Source: Octopus sinensis
Lineage: Eukaryota
Length of the DNA: 49,868 bases
Assembly: GCF_006345805.1 (NCBI RefSeq)
Contig: NW_021834329.1
Location: 1 to 49,868, forward strand
Direction of reading: 5' to 3'
Shown here: piece by piece, positions 36,826-48,090 of the stretch
How positions within the stretch are numbered: the first letter of the stretch is position 1
Layout: every line of letters starts with the position of its first letter
Notes under the pieces: generated by a model
The model's input: only the letters and a program-made list of their open reading frames with translations
The model's database searches: none
What the model was told of the DNA's origin: nothing
Translations under genes and position numbers: made by a program

Positions 36826-36945
36826 TCTTTACTCTTTTACTTGTTTCAGTCATTTGACTGCGGCCACGCTGGAGCACCGCCTTTAGTCGAGCAAATCGAC
36901 CCCGGAACTTATTCTTGTAAGCCCAGTACTTATTCTATCGGTCTC
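36826..36945 (-). mobile_element. SINE family A 3' fragment (Pax6 last intron)
   Basis: CTTTTACTTGTTTCAGTCATTTGACTGCGGCC...CTATCGGTCTCT. Confidence 0.88.
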
Positions 36946-37030
36946 TCATCCTGATGAGAAAGAGGCATAATATACTCCTTATTTCTTCGCAATTTGGGAA
37001 TATGCAGCCTTCGAAACATATGTCGAAAAT
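36946..37030 (+). ncRNA. Hammerhead motif with extended stem II (Penelope-like fragment to ~37210)
   Basis: CTGATGA at 36951, gaaagaggc...gccttc stem II, GAAAC ATAT GTC (predicted cleavage after 37024), then AATAAA; stem I is weak. Confidence 0.55.
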
Positions 37031-37839
37031 AAAGGAATTTTGTTAATTCGTCGTTCAACTCCATTCTTTCATATATTTATATTTAAAAAAAAAAACATAC
37101 AAATTTCTACACGAAAGCACGTAACTTCAAACGTGTCTTCTCTGATGTGAATTTGCTACCCAGGTATCGGTTAACCGAATTATCCATAACAAGATAATTC
37201 ATTCAACTACTTATATATATATATATATATATATATTCTTGTAGCTAACCATTCATGTTTACATACATATGCGCATATATGTATGCCACCATGCATCGAT
37301 ATATATTATACGCATACATACATATGAATATAGACATTTTGTGCACATAACGCCACACACCCATCCATACGTATACATACATATTTCGTACATGCATACA
37401 CATACTATCAGCCATTTGTGCTCGCATATAAGCAAAAGTACATGGATGTATTCGCACACATGCATTCATCTAAACACATACACATATGTATGTATATATA
37501 TGTGTATGTAAGGAATATGTGTGCATGTATATATATATATGTCTGTATATGTGTGCATGTATGTATGTATGTTTATGCGTGTATGTATGTATGTATGTAT
37601 GTGTGTGTATGTATGTATGCACGTATGTATATTTGTATATATATGTTTATATATATGTACGTATATATATATATGTATGTATATATATATATATACGTAT
37701 GTACATGTATGTATATATGTATATATATATATGTGTATAATATTGATGCAGACATAAGATACACGTATACAAATCTGTATACATACACACACTTCCAAAT
37801 ACACATTACGTTTGCGTACACACAGAAAAACACGCATAT

Positions 37840-37888
<49 letters not shown>

Positions 37889-37889
<1 letters not shown>

Positions 37890-38080
37890 TATAATAAAGG
37901 GTTAATTGCAACAAATTGCTCAAAACCACATACCGAAAATATTAGAAATGGCAGCCAAATTCTGTTTGTTTGTGGAGACTTTTTTATTAGTAGGAGAAAT
38001 GATGATCTATTTGGCTGCCATTTCTAATATTTTCGGTATGTGGTTTTGAGCAACTTGTTGCAATTAACCCTGTATTATAA
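37889..38080. repeat. 72-bp inverted repeat (Penelope-like end) in Pax6 last intron
   Basis: Arms 37889-37960 and 38009-38080 are complementary with about two mismatches. Confidence 0.92.
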
Positions 38081-38209
38081 TTAATATAATCCTTACCAAA
38101 TATGGTCTTTTCCATGCCGATAAAACTACTATGTGAAATTTATTAATTTTATTCAATTAATTATATTTCACCCTTTTTGTATATATATATATATACTTTT
38201 TTACATTTT

Positions 38210-38615
38210 TTTTACTTGTTTCAGTCATTTGACTGCGGCCATGCTGGAGCACCGCCTTTTAATCGAGCAACTCGACTCCGGGACTTATTCTTTGTAAGCC
38301 CAGTACTTATTCTATCGGTCTCTTTTGCAGAACCGCTAAGTGACGGGGACATAAACACACCAGCATCGGTTGTCAAGCAATGCTAGGGGGACAAACACAA
38401 ACATACACGCACACATATATATACACACATATATATATATATATATACATATATACGACGGGCTTCTTTCAGTTTCCATCTGCCAAATCCACTCACAAGG
38501 CATTGGTCGGCCCGAGGCTATAGCAGAAGACACTTGCCCAAGTGCCACGCAGTGGGACTGAACCCGGAACCATGTGGTTGGTAAACAAGCTACTTACCAC
38601 ACAGCCACTCCTGCG

Positions 38616-38617
<2 letters not shown>
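38210..38617 (-). mobile_element. SINE family A, full length (Pax6 last intron)
   Basis: Family A reverse complement. Confidence 0.93.
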
Positions 38618-38669
<52 letters not shown>

Positions 38670-38682
38670 TATATATAGAAGG

Positions 38683-38731
38683 AGCTTCTACAGGACTAGA
38701 ATGTTTCATTCAGAGAAATCTTCAGGAAGCT
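38683..38731 (-). ncRNA. Type I hammerhead ribozyme motif, Pax6 sense strand
   Basis: agcttc CTGAAGA t-ttc-tct-gaa-t GAAAC a-ttctagtcc-t GTA gaagct; 6-bp stem I; lies within inverted repeat 38672-38774. Confidence 0.7.
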
Positions 38732-38845
38732 CTTGAATGAAACAGTTCTAGTCCTGTAGAGCTCCTTCTATATAATAAATTAATTTACTCTGCTATGTAT
38801 TGAGTACCTTATTTACTGTGGTTAACCCCGAATCAACCCGGGACC

Positions 38846-38891
<46 letters not shown>

Positions 38892-38896
38892 TATAT

Positions 38897-38928
<32 letters not shown>

Positions 38929-39054
38929 TAGAGAAGTACATACATACACATCGATGCATTCACCCTGTGCAAAGGCATACGTACACACATAACTATATTC
39001 GATGCATCTACACGAAATACAGAAATCCACCGCCAGTCGTTGAGTGCCAATTAC

Positions 39055-39183
39055 CTGTCGAAGCTCCGTTGGTGGAATGCGAGGTCATGTGCGATTGCAT
39101 CCCTGCGGCTGGATTGCAAGACGACCGCGAGTAGTTACTTAACGTGAGGGGGTCGTAACTTCTGGCCGTTCCTGATACATAAT
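39055..39183 (-). CDS. Pax6: Pax6 penultimate coding exon (PST domain), 129 nt, phase 1-1
   Basis: Acceptor tatatcttgcAG|AT, donor ACAG|GTAATT. Encodes (D)YVSGTARSYDPLTLSNYSRSSCNPAAGMQSHMTSHSTNGAST(G), similar to vertebrate Pax6 GRSYD...MQTHM...TTSTG. Splices in frame onto 36380. Confidence 0.95.
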
Positions 39184-39324
39184 CTGCAAGATATAAATAA
39201 GGAAATTCCAACGGTAAACAGCTTGGTGGGCGAAGAGCACAAAAAGGTTTTTAAAAAATCTGTCTTGAGGACTTCATGCAAAGTAGATATACAGCAAATA
39301 TATTTATATATATATAAAATTAGA

Positions 39325-40030
39325 AATATGAGCATAATGAAATACTCATATCTACATGGCTGAAACAGCTGTAAGATGTAGTTTATATTTATATTTATTT
39401 ATACATATTATATATTATGTGTATGTACCCATTCTTGTATGGGTGTACCTTCTGATATCCATATTTAGATTGTACTTTATAATCTCTGAAGAGGCCTTGG
39501 GATATATTTGTATGTGTCTCATTTATAACCACATATTAACTTATCACACCTGGCTAATATGAGCATAATGAGACACTTATATCTACATGGCTGAAACAGC
39601 TGTAAGATGTAGTTTATATTTATATTTATTTATATTTATTTATACATATTATATAATATGTGTATGTACCCATACTTGTATGGGTGTACCTTCTTGAGAT
39701 TGTACTTTAAATCTCTGAGAAGGCTTGGGAATATTTGTATGGTGTTGTGTACACATATAACCACTATTATTATCACACCTGGCTAATATGAGCATAATGA
39801 GATACTTATATCTACATGGCTGAAACAGCTGTAAGATGTAGTTTATATTTATATTTATATTTATTTATACTATTGTACTTATTGTATCATATTACTCATT
39901 GATGTGCACTGTTTTGTTCTGTACTATTATGTTTGACCTTGATGTTCATATGTAACTGGCTAATAAATTATATGAATGGGTATTATGTGGTAGTTGATTA
40001 TTGATTTAGGTGTATTTCTCCATTTTCTTA
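39325..40030 (+). mobile_element. Tandem ~230-nt hammerhead-containing repeats (Penelope pLTR or non-LTR retrozyme-like)
   Basis: TGAGCATAATGA...TCTACATGGCTGAAACAGCTGTAAGATGTAG occurs three times (GTA triplets ending 39373, 39604, 39833); followed by a T-rich tail with AATAAA. Confidence 0.75.
39482..39608 (+). ncRNA. Type I hammerhead ribozyme motif with ~100-nt stem II
   Basis: atct CTGAAGA ggcc...ggct GAAAC AGCT GTA agat; inner pairings gtgtctcatt/aatgagacac and catatta/taatatg. Confidence 0.72.
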
Positions 40031-40406
40031 TTTTGTATATATATATATATATATAATTTATAAGTAAGGACAAGGAAAAATATTCAAATGCCAAAATATG
40101 CTGAAAATAGACATGACGCCAATAACCATGTAATTTATCACTACAAGCACGCATTTCTAAAAAATCCCGTTATTACCATATCGGACCCGATTTCAGAGTT
40201 AGTTCATTAGAACCTTCCCTTTCGAGTATGTTGGCCATTGATTGATTTTTTTCGAAAAATTTTAACCTACATTAGATGTTAATGATATATATATATATAT
40301 ATATATTTAATCAATATAGGGTGCCAAAAAATTTTGTAGAATTTTTTTGCCACCAGCGGCCTAGTGGGAAAAAATTAAATAGTCATAGACCATTTATAAG
40401 TTCAAC

Positions 40407-40694
40407 ATCACAATCAAGGAACGGCCATAATAGGCCATTCACCCACTAGAAATAACAGCCAAAGCTTCAACCGCAAAATAACATTAATTTCGCAAACCAG
40501 GAGAAAATTAAAAAAACATTTACCCTGTAATTTCTTATACGATGCACCGTTTCATCTATTTTAATGGTAAACTAACCTGATTAAATTAAATCAAGCCAAT
40601 CTTCCATAGGCCTCTAGATTCGTCAGTAAGAAATAGCCAGATCGGAACAGATATTTCTAGTGGGTGAATGGCCTATTATGGCCGTTCCTTGATT

Positions 40695-40699
<5 letters not shown>
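40407..40699. repeat. Perfect 48-bp inverted repeat enclosing the hammerhead (Penelope-like element ~40310-40700)
   Basis: ATCACAATCAAGGAACGGCC...CTAGAAATA at 40407-40454 and its reverse complement at 40652-40699. Confidence 0.92.
40530..40634 (-). ncRNA. Type I hammerhead ribozyme motif with long stem II, Pax6 sense strand
   Basis: atttctta CTGACGA atcta...aagattggcttgatt-taattt-aatcaggttagttt...tagat GAAAC ggtgcatc GTA taagaaat; perfect 8-bp stem I and intact core. Confidence 0.82.
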
Positions 40700-40761
<62 letters not shown>

Positions 40762-40873
40762 AACATACACCATAGGTGTGGTAGAGAGCCCTAATCTTCT
40801 AGAAACTTAAAAGGCGCAATTTACAGCGCAAAATTTCTATACAGCCAAAAGTCCGGCTGTGACTAATTCAACC

Positions 40874-41085
40874 TTTATTCAGGCATAGTGTATCTAGGAC
40901 TACATTATCTAATGTATAGTATAGTAGTAGGTATTTGTGGCTATAATTATTGTTGTTTAACCCCAGGTAAGTCCTGATCCAGGCAGACCTATGATCAAAA
41001 ATGTTCCAGCTGTGACCATCACATCTTTTATTCAGGCATAGTGTATCTAGGACTACTATATCTAATGTATAGTATAGTAGTTAGT
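40874..41085. repeat. ~55-bp direct duplication
   Basis: TTTATTCAGGCATAGTGTATCTAGGACTAC...TCTAATGTATAGTATAGTAG near 40875 and 41027. Confidence 0.85.
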
Positions 41086-41557
41086 ATTAGTTGATGACAT
41101 CAGGTCGCCCAAAATGGTGAATGTATTTTAATCGATACACTAATACAGATATACCTAAAGTCCAGATAGAATACTTCGAAGTCACTTTCAACATTCTTCT
41201 TGAAAAATTATATATACATGTGTGTGGTGTGTGAATATTTGTTAGTGTGTGTTTGTTTGTGTATATTTGTGCGTGTATGTGTATGCCTGTTTGTATGTGT
41301 ATGAATGCGTATCCAACCATGTGTGTGTGTGTGTGTGTGTGTCTGCATGTATGTATGTTTGTGACGGCATATATACACATTTGTGCACCTGTGTATATCT
41401 GGTGTTTATGCATCTATACTTTTATGCATGTTTGCGTGCGTGCATCTGTCTTTGTGCATGCACCCTTCTTTATGTATGTATGTATGTATGCATGTATGTG
41501 TGTGTGTATGTATGTATGTATGTATGTATGTATGTATGTATGTATGTATGTGTATAT

Positions 41558-41720
41558 AGGCGCAGGAGTGGCTGTGTGGTAAGTAGCTTGCTAACCAGCC
41601 ACATGGTTCCGGGTTCAGTCCCACTGCGTGGCATCTTGGGCAAGTGTCTTCTACTATAGCCCCGGGCCGACCAATGCCTTGTGAGTGGATTTGGTAGATG
41701 AAAACTGAAAGAAGCCTGTC

Positions 41721-41764
<44 letters not shown>

Positions 41765-41980
41765 TTGTGTGTCTGTGTTTGTCCCCCTAGCATTGCTTGA
41801 CAACCGATGCTGGTGTGCTTACGTCCCCGTCACTTAATGGTTCGGCAAAAAGGGACCGATAGAATAAGTACTGGGCTTACAAAGAATAAGTCCCGGGGTC
41901 GATTTGCTCGACTAAAGGCGGTGCTCCAGCATGGCCGCAGTCAAATGACTGAAACAAGTAAAAGAGAAAAAGAGAGAAAG
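41558..41980 (+). mobile_element. SINE family A, full length (Pax6 intron)
   Basis: GGCGCAGGAG head to AAAAGAGAAAAAGAG tail. Confidence 0.93.
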
Positions 41981-42457
41981 AGATATGTATGCATGTATGT
42001 TGTGTGTATGTATGTATGTATGTGTGTATGTATGTACGCGTGTAATGTATGTATGTGTGTATGGATGTGTATATGTATGCATGTATGTGTGTGTATGTAT
42101 GTATGTATGCATGTATGTATGCATGTGTGTATGTATGTGTGTATGTATGTATATTTGTGTGTCACGTGCCTGTGTCTGTTCTATATTGCAACTATTTCTT
42201 TCTCAAAAACTCACAGATCCTAGAAATACCAAAGAACCACACGCACTCATGATTCGCACTTTCATATCAAAGACAGCATATATTTAATTTTCGGTACTTT
42301 AAGCTTTAAATGGTTCTATTAGACACGGATTGAAATAATTAACGCACACACAAATATAACGGGAAATATACATAAGTAAATATATAGATGGTAATATATA
42401 TATATATATATACAGAAGCAAATGTATCGATGTTAAATATATAATATATATATATAA

Positions 42458-42742
42458 TCCCGGACCGGGCTGCGTGCTGTGTTCTTGAGCAAGACACTTT
42501 ATTTCACGTTGCTCCAGTTCACTCAGCTGTAGAAATGAGTTGCGACGTCACAGGTGCCAAGCTGTATCGGCCCCTTTGTCTTTCCCTTGGATAACACTGG
42601 TGGCGTGGAGAGGGGAGGCTGGTATGCATGGGCGACTGCTGGCCTTCCATAAAACAACCTTGCCCAGACTTGTGCCTCAGAGGGTAACTCTCTAGGTGCA
42701 AACCCATGGTCACTCATGACCGAAGGGGGTCTTTACCCTTTT
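42458..42742 (+). mobile_element. 5'-truncated CORE-type SINE family D
   Basis: TGTGTTCTTGAGCAAGACACTTTATTTCACGTTGCTCCAGTTCACTCAGCTGTAGAAATG (MIR/CORE-like), 3' tail different from family E; inserted in (TA)n. Confidence 0.75.
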
Positions 42743-42779
42743 ATATATATATATATATATATAAGTAACTGTGTAGATG

Positions 42780-43435
42780 TTAGAAAATATATAAATATAT
42801 ATATATGTTAGAATATATAGGGAAATAAATATACAGATATTGAAATATATATAAATATATAGATGTTACAATGTATATATAAGTATGTAGAAATATATAA
42901 AGATATATATATATATATATATACACATTCACACGTGTTAAAATGTATATATAAATATGTTGAAATACATATATATAAATATATAGATGATAAATGTGTA
43001 TATAAATATGTTGAAATCTATATAAATAAAAAAATATATATATATATATTATCATATATATATATATGTTGAAATACATATATATCAAAAATTATAGATG
43101 ATAAAATGTATATATAAATATGTTGAAATCTATATAAATTATATATATATATATTAAAATGTATATATAAATATGTTGAAATCTATATAAATATATATAT
43201 ATATTAAAATGTATATATAAATATGTTGAAATATATATATATAAATATATAGATGTTAAAATGTATATATAAATATGTTGAAATACATATATATAAATAT
43301 ATAGATGATGAAATGTATATATAAATATGTTGAAATGTATATATATAATATATATATATATATATGTACACACACACACATATATACACACACATGTTAA
43401 AATGTATATATAAATATATAAAGATGTTAAAATAT
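42780..43435. repeat. AT-rich minisatellite
   Basis: Recurrent AAATGTATATATAAATATGTTGAAAT unit. Confidence 0.85.
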
Positions 43436-43747
43436 ATCAATGCAAGTGTAGATATGTATTTGTACATATGCATTCATACTTTCACACACGCTTATGAATA
43501 TGTGTATCTGTGTGTGTGTGTGCGTGTGTGTGTGTGTGTGTACGTGTGTTAGTTTGCGTATGTAGGTTTGTGTATTTATATGTATTCGTGTTTATGTACG
43601 TTTCCTTGTAGCACACATTTAAGCGCTGCGTTTAAATGGAAGGCAAAAAGGAAAAAACACTGTCGCCAATCGATCACGTGATTAAATTTCTCCTACATCA
43701 CTTACATACGCTCACATCAATATATTAATAGACATACACAAACGCCC

Positions 43748-43778
<31 letters not shown>

Positions 43779-44484
43779 CACACACACACCTACACATAGA
43801 CAACTATCTACTCACGTACGGGCGTATACGCACATAATTTCGCTCATATATCTACATATATCTACATATATATATATATACATACTTGCACTCAAAAGTA
43901 CACACTCCTCTCTGTCTCTCTCTCTCTCTCTCTCTCTTATATACTCCAAAACACGGTTAATATAAAGCCCTCCCCACTACCGTTCAAACTACACAGCAGA
44001 CATCAAATCACTTAAAAAGCGTTTAAATATATTTTACAAAGAATGACAAAAATAAATAATTGTTTAAAATGGATTTTAAACAATCGAAATTATCAAATAA
44101 ATTGTAAATATATATTTATTTATATATATATATATATATATTTTGCAGTATATTTATTTAAAAATAGAAATATATTGTGATGCGGTGGTTGGATTACAGA
44201 AGGATTAACTGATGTTGTTTAAACAGTATTCTATTTGAGAGAATACAGATAGGGGAATGAGGTGGTTTATTTGGTTATTTTCGTGTGTTTAAGAGTGTTA
44301 TCTTTTATTTGTAGTCGGGAGTTGTAGTGCAACGGTGGTGTTGGAAAAGTATGAGATGGAAGTGGATAGATCGTGAGGGAAATATACAGGAAAAAAAGAG
44401 GGATATATAGCGAAGAGGGGCTCACCGAGCCTGCAATATCTATATTGTAGTAGTAGTAGTATTGGTATAATTATAATGAACTGT

Positions 44485-44850
44485 TTCAAATTTTGGCAGA
44501 AGGCCAGCAATTCTAGGATTAGTAGGTTAGTCGATTATATCGAAACCAGTATTCTGCTGGTACGTAATTTTATAGACTCCGAAAGAGTGAAACGCAAAGG
44601 TGATCTCGGCAGACTATGAACTGAGAACGTAAAACCGGAAGAAACGACTGCTAAGCTTTACCAGCGTGTAAACGATTCAGCAAATTTACCGCCTAAATAG
44701 TAATAATAATAATAATAATCCTTTTTACTATAAGCGCAAGGCCTGAAATGTGGGGAGAGAGCCGATAGTCGATTACAACGACCTCAGTACACAACTGGTA
44801 CTTTTTATCGACCCCCAAAATATGAATGGCAAAGTCAACCGCGGCGGAAT
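44485..44850 (-). mobile_element. Two old SINE family B copies
   Basis: Diverged AGTCGATTA...CTGGTAC...GCAAAG..GA.CTCGGC cores separated by (TAA)n. Confidence 0.7.
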
Positions 44851-45119
44851 AAATAATAATAATGATAATAGTAATCGTTTATTATTTTGAGGAGGGTTTT
44901 GGTGGAATTAGATATATATGAGCTTTCCACCCTTTGTCCAGGATGGCCAGGATGCGAAAGCAAAGTTTCTCTTGAAAAATTACCGTTCTCAGGGCTGAAG
45001 ATTTATGCTAAAATGTGAGGCCGATTTAGGATGATAATTCTGATTCCTTTAGAATATTGGCAATGTTTAAGAGCTAGCCACTGTTTAAGAGCTTTTTGCT
45101 AAATCTTTTAGGTGGCTAT

Positions 45120-45392
45120 GCGGTAAGTTTAATGTTAGTCTACTATCATAATTCCATTGATATATACGATATTTTAAAGGAAAGGTAAAGTTAGTGTTAG
45201 TCTTCTATTATAATTTCATTGACATCTTGGATGTTTTCTAGGAATATTAAATCTACCCCAGTATATCACTGCTACTTTATTTTCTCAACCCCACAATGAT
45301 GTAAGGTAAAGTTAGTGTTCATCTATTATAATTCCATTGACATCTTGGATGTTTTATAGGAATATTAAATCTACCCCAGTATATCACTGGTA
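45120..45392. repeat. ~120-bp tandem duplication
   Basis: AAGGTAAAGTTAGTGTT...CATTGACATCTTGGATGTTTT.TAGGAATATTAAATCTACCCCAGTATATCACTG twice, plus a partial copy. Confidence 0.85.
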
Positions 45393-46098
45393 TTTTGAGT
45401 ACTCTCTGTTTTGGTATCGTAGAATTATCGTTATCTCGAAGGTGAATCTACTTTTATGCAAATGTTTATATAAGTATGCCTATATACATACAAATATGAA
45501 TATATAATTGCAAATATATATATATGTATTAGCGTAAAACACGTGTATATATTTATACATACACAAAGCTATATATATATACTTACGTATAAATTTACAC
45601 ACACACATAAATATACACGCGTGTGTATTATATATAAATACACATATACAAATATATCTAATATATATATATATTATACAAATATATATGTATATATATA
45701 TTATATATACAACTATATATGTATGTATATATATATATGATATATACAAATATATATATATGTATATATATATATATTATATTATATATACAAATATATA
45801 TGTATGTATATATATACATAATATACATGTATATGCATCTATATGCATTTATATATAATTACATATTCAGCATATATATAAATATACTTATAAGAAAATA
45901 ATAATAATGATAATAAAAATAACATTAATAATATAAAATATATAAAAAAAATAAAATTTAAAATTAAACGATAATACTAATATTAATTAACTAAATAAAT
46001 AAATGATAAATAAATAAATAAATAAATATGAAATACTCAAAATAAGTAAAATAATAATCAATAATAACAATAGAACCACGTGACTGAGAAAATATGAC

Positions 46099-46215
46099 CT
46101 TGCCAAGCACGTGAGGTTTCCAGCATATTTCCAGTATCCTTAGTATCGTACTCAAGGTTCGGTTCCATGTCTGACTTTATTCTGCTAAGCCCTTCTTTGT
46201 ACCATTCCAACATAT
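46099..46215 (-). CDS. Pax6: Candidate Pax6 alternative cassette exon in the PST domain, 117 nt, phase 1-1
   Basis: Acceptor ctatttctccatcttcacactgatttcttcAG|AT, weak donor CAAG|GTCATA. Open in the Pax6 frame: (x)MLEWYKEGLSRIKSDMEPNLEYDTKDTGNMLETSRAWQ(D). Unique-sequence island between AT-rich tracts; same phase as the downstream exon. Confidence 0.7.
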
Positions 46216-46434
46216 CTGAAGAAATCAGTGTGAAGATGGAGAAATAGACAGGTGCGAGGGTGTGATATATTTTGGAAGGGGAGGCGGTAGGGATAATAAT
46301 AATAATAATGATAATAATGTTGTTTGTACTGAAATGTATAGAAACGTTGTCGTTAGAGGCGGCATTTACAGAGATGACGTGTTAGAGGAGGAGGTATTTA
46401 CAGAGATGATGGTTTTAAGTTGCTGTTTATTTAT

Positions 46435-46656
46435 TTATTTACTACCCACAAGGAGCTAAACACAGAGGGGACAAACAAGGACAGACAAACGGATTAAGTC
46501 GATTATATCGACCCCAGTGCGTAACTGGTACTTAATTTATAGAACCCGAAAGGATGACAGGCAAAGTCGACCTCGGCGGAATCTGAACTCAGAACGTATC
46601 GGCAGACGAAATACGGCTACGCATCTCGCCCGGCGTGCTAACGTTTCTGCCAGCTC
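46435..46656 (-). mobile_element. SINE family B
   Basis: Family B reverse complement. Confidence 0.9.
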
Positions 46657-47487
46657 TTATTGTAATCTTTTAGAGATGCTGATGTTATTTTGGGCTGTAT
46701 TTTTTGATAGTAACAATTTTATAAGTGATGGTGTTGTTTGTGGCAGTTACATTGGTGATAAGGATGTCGTTGTTGTATGTACAGGTATTTATAGAGATGA
46801 TGGTTGTGGGCGTGATATTTGTAAAGGTCTATAAAGAAATGGTGTTGCTGGACTTGTTCTTACTGGTGGTGGTAAATATAGAGCTGATAGTGTTGGTGTT
46901 GCATGTTTGCTGTTTAGCTCTGATTTTAGTTTGTTTGTAGGGTTTTCTGTTGAATGTCTTTTGTTTTAAGTTGTTGCTATTTTGATTATGCTCAGATCCA
47001 TATCGATCGAGCAGACCTTATTATCAAGGGTATTTTAACCAAGACTACCTCACTTTTTTTCTATTTTCAAGTAACACAGAAACAAATAACACAACTGGTT
47101 ATTTTCGCAGATGATGGGTTGTAATCTGAACAAAATTTAACTGTTTGCTGAGTAATTAGTTATTTTACTAGTACGACTGGTTTTAATAAGTTAAGATTCA
47201 TTTTGGATAGTGGCTTCTATAGAGATGATGGATATATTCGCTTTGATATTGTCTTTCAGTAGTTGCTGGATCTCATTTTTCATGTTGGGGGAAATGGTAA
47301 AGGATGTCTTGGTATTGAGGATTTATAATACAGTTGTTAGTGGTGTTGATCAGGGTTGGACTTTATTCTCCTAAGAACTTTTACCATTTTAACATATCCG
47401 ACGAAATCAATGTAAAGACAGAAAAATGAGTGTATTCAGGAGTAGAGATGTTTAGGAATGCACGCTGATATTGCATAATCGTTGACT

Positions 47488-47612
47488 TAGCAACGGGGAC
47501 GTAAATACACCAACATCGGTTGTCAAACGATGGTGGGTGACAAGCACAGACACACAAATACATACATACATACTACATGCATACATACATATATACGACG
47601 TGCTTCTTTCAG
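47488..47612 (-). mobile_element. Diverged SINE A internal fragment
   Basis: ACGGGGACGTAAATACACCAACATCGGTTGTCAA...ACGACGTGCTTCTTTCAGT. Confidence 0.75.
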
Positions 47613-47657
<45 letters not shown>

Positions 47658-47789
47658 ATATATATATGTATGTGTATTCAGAGATGATGGCGTAGAAGCA
47701 CACATGCATTACACAGCCATATGCAAATACAGGTACATGCACACATATCCATGAGAGAGTGAGTGTGGGAGATAGAAGACTGATAAAAA

Positions 47790-47820
47790 GGCAGATAGAT
47801 AGATAGATTAATAGACAGAG

Positions 47821-47886
<66 letters not shown>

Positions 47887-48036
47887 GCAAATAGTTAGAT
47901 AGATATATTGATAGAAAGATAGATAGACAGAGAGATAGATAGATAGATAGACAGGTAGGCATATGTATAGGTAGGGATAGATTGATGGATGGATGGATGG
48001 ATGGATAGCTGGATAGGCAGATAGATAGATGGATAG

Positions 48037-48090
<54 letters not shown>

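Noticed and set aside
39008-39211. ORF-track protein MEFPYLYLAD...GGGFLYFV as a standalone gene
   Set aside because: Only 39055-39183 is exon; the ends are intron read-through past the AG and GT sites.
137-41793. Recurrent ORFs such as RQASFSFRLPNPLTRHWSARG and GLNPEPCGW
   Set aside because: Chance frames through non-coding SINE family A copies, not a gene family.
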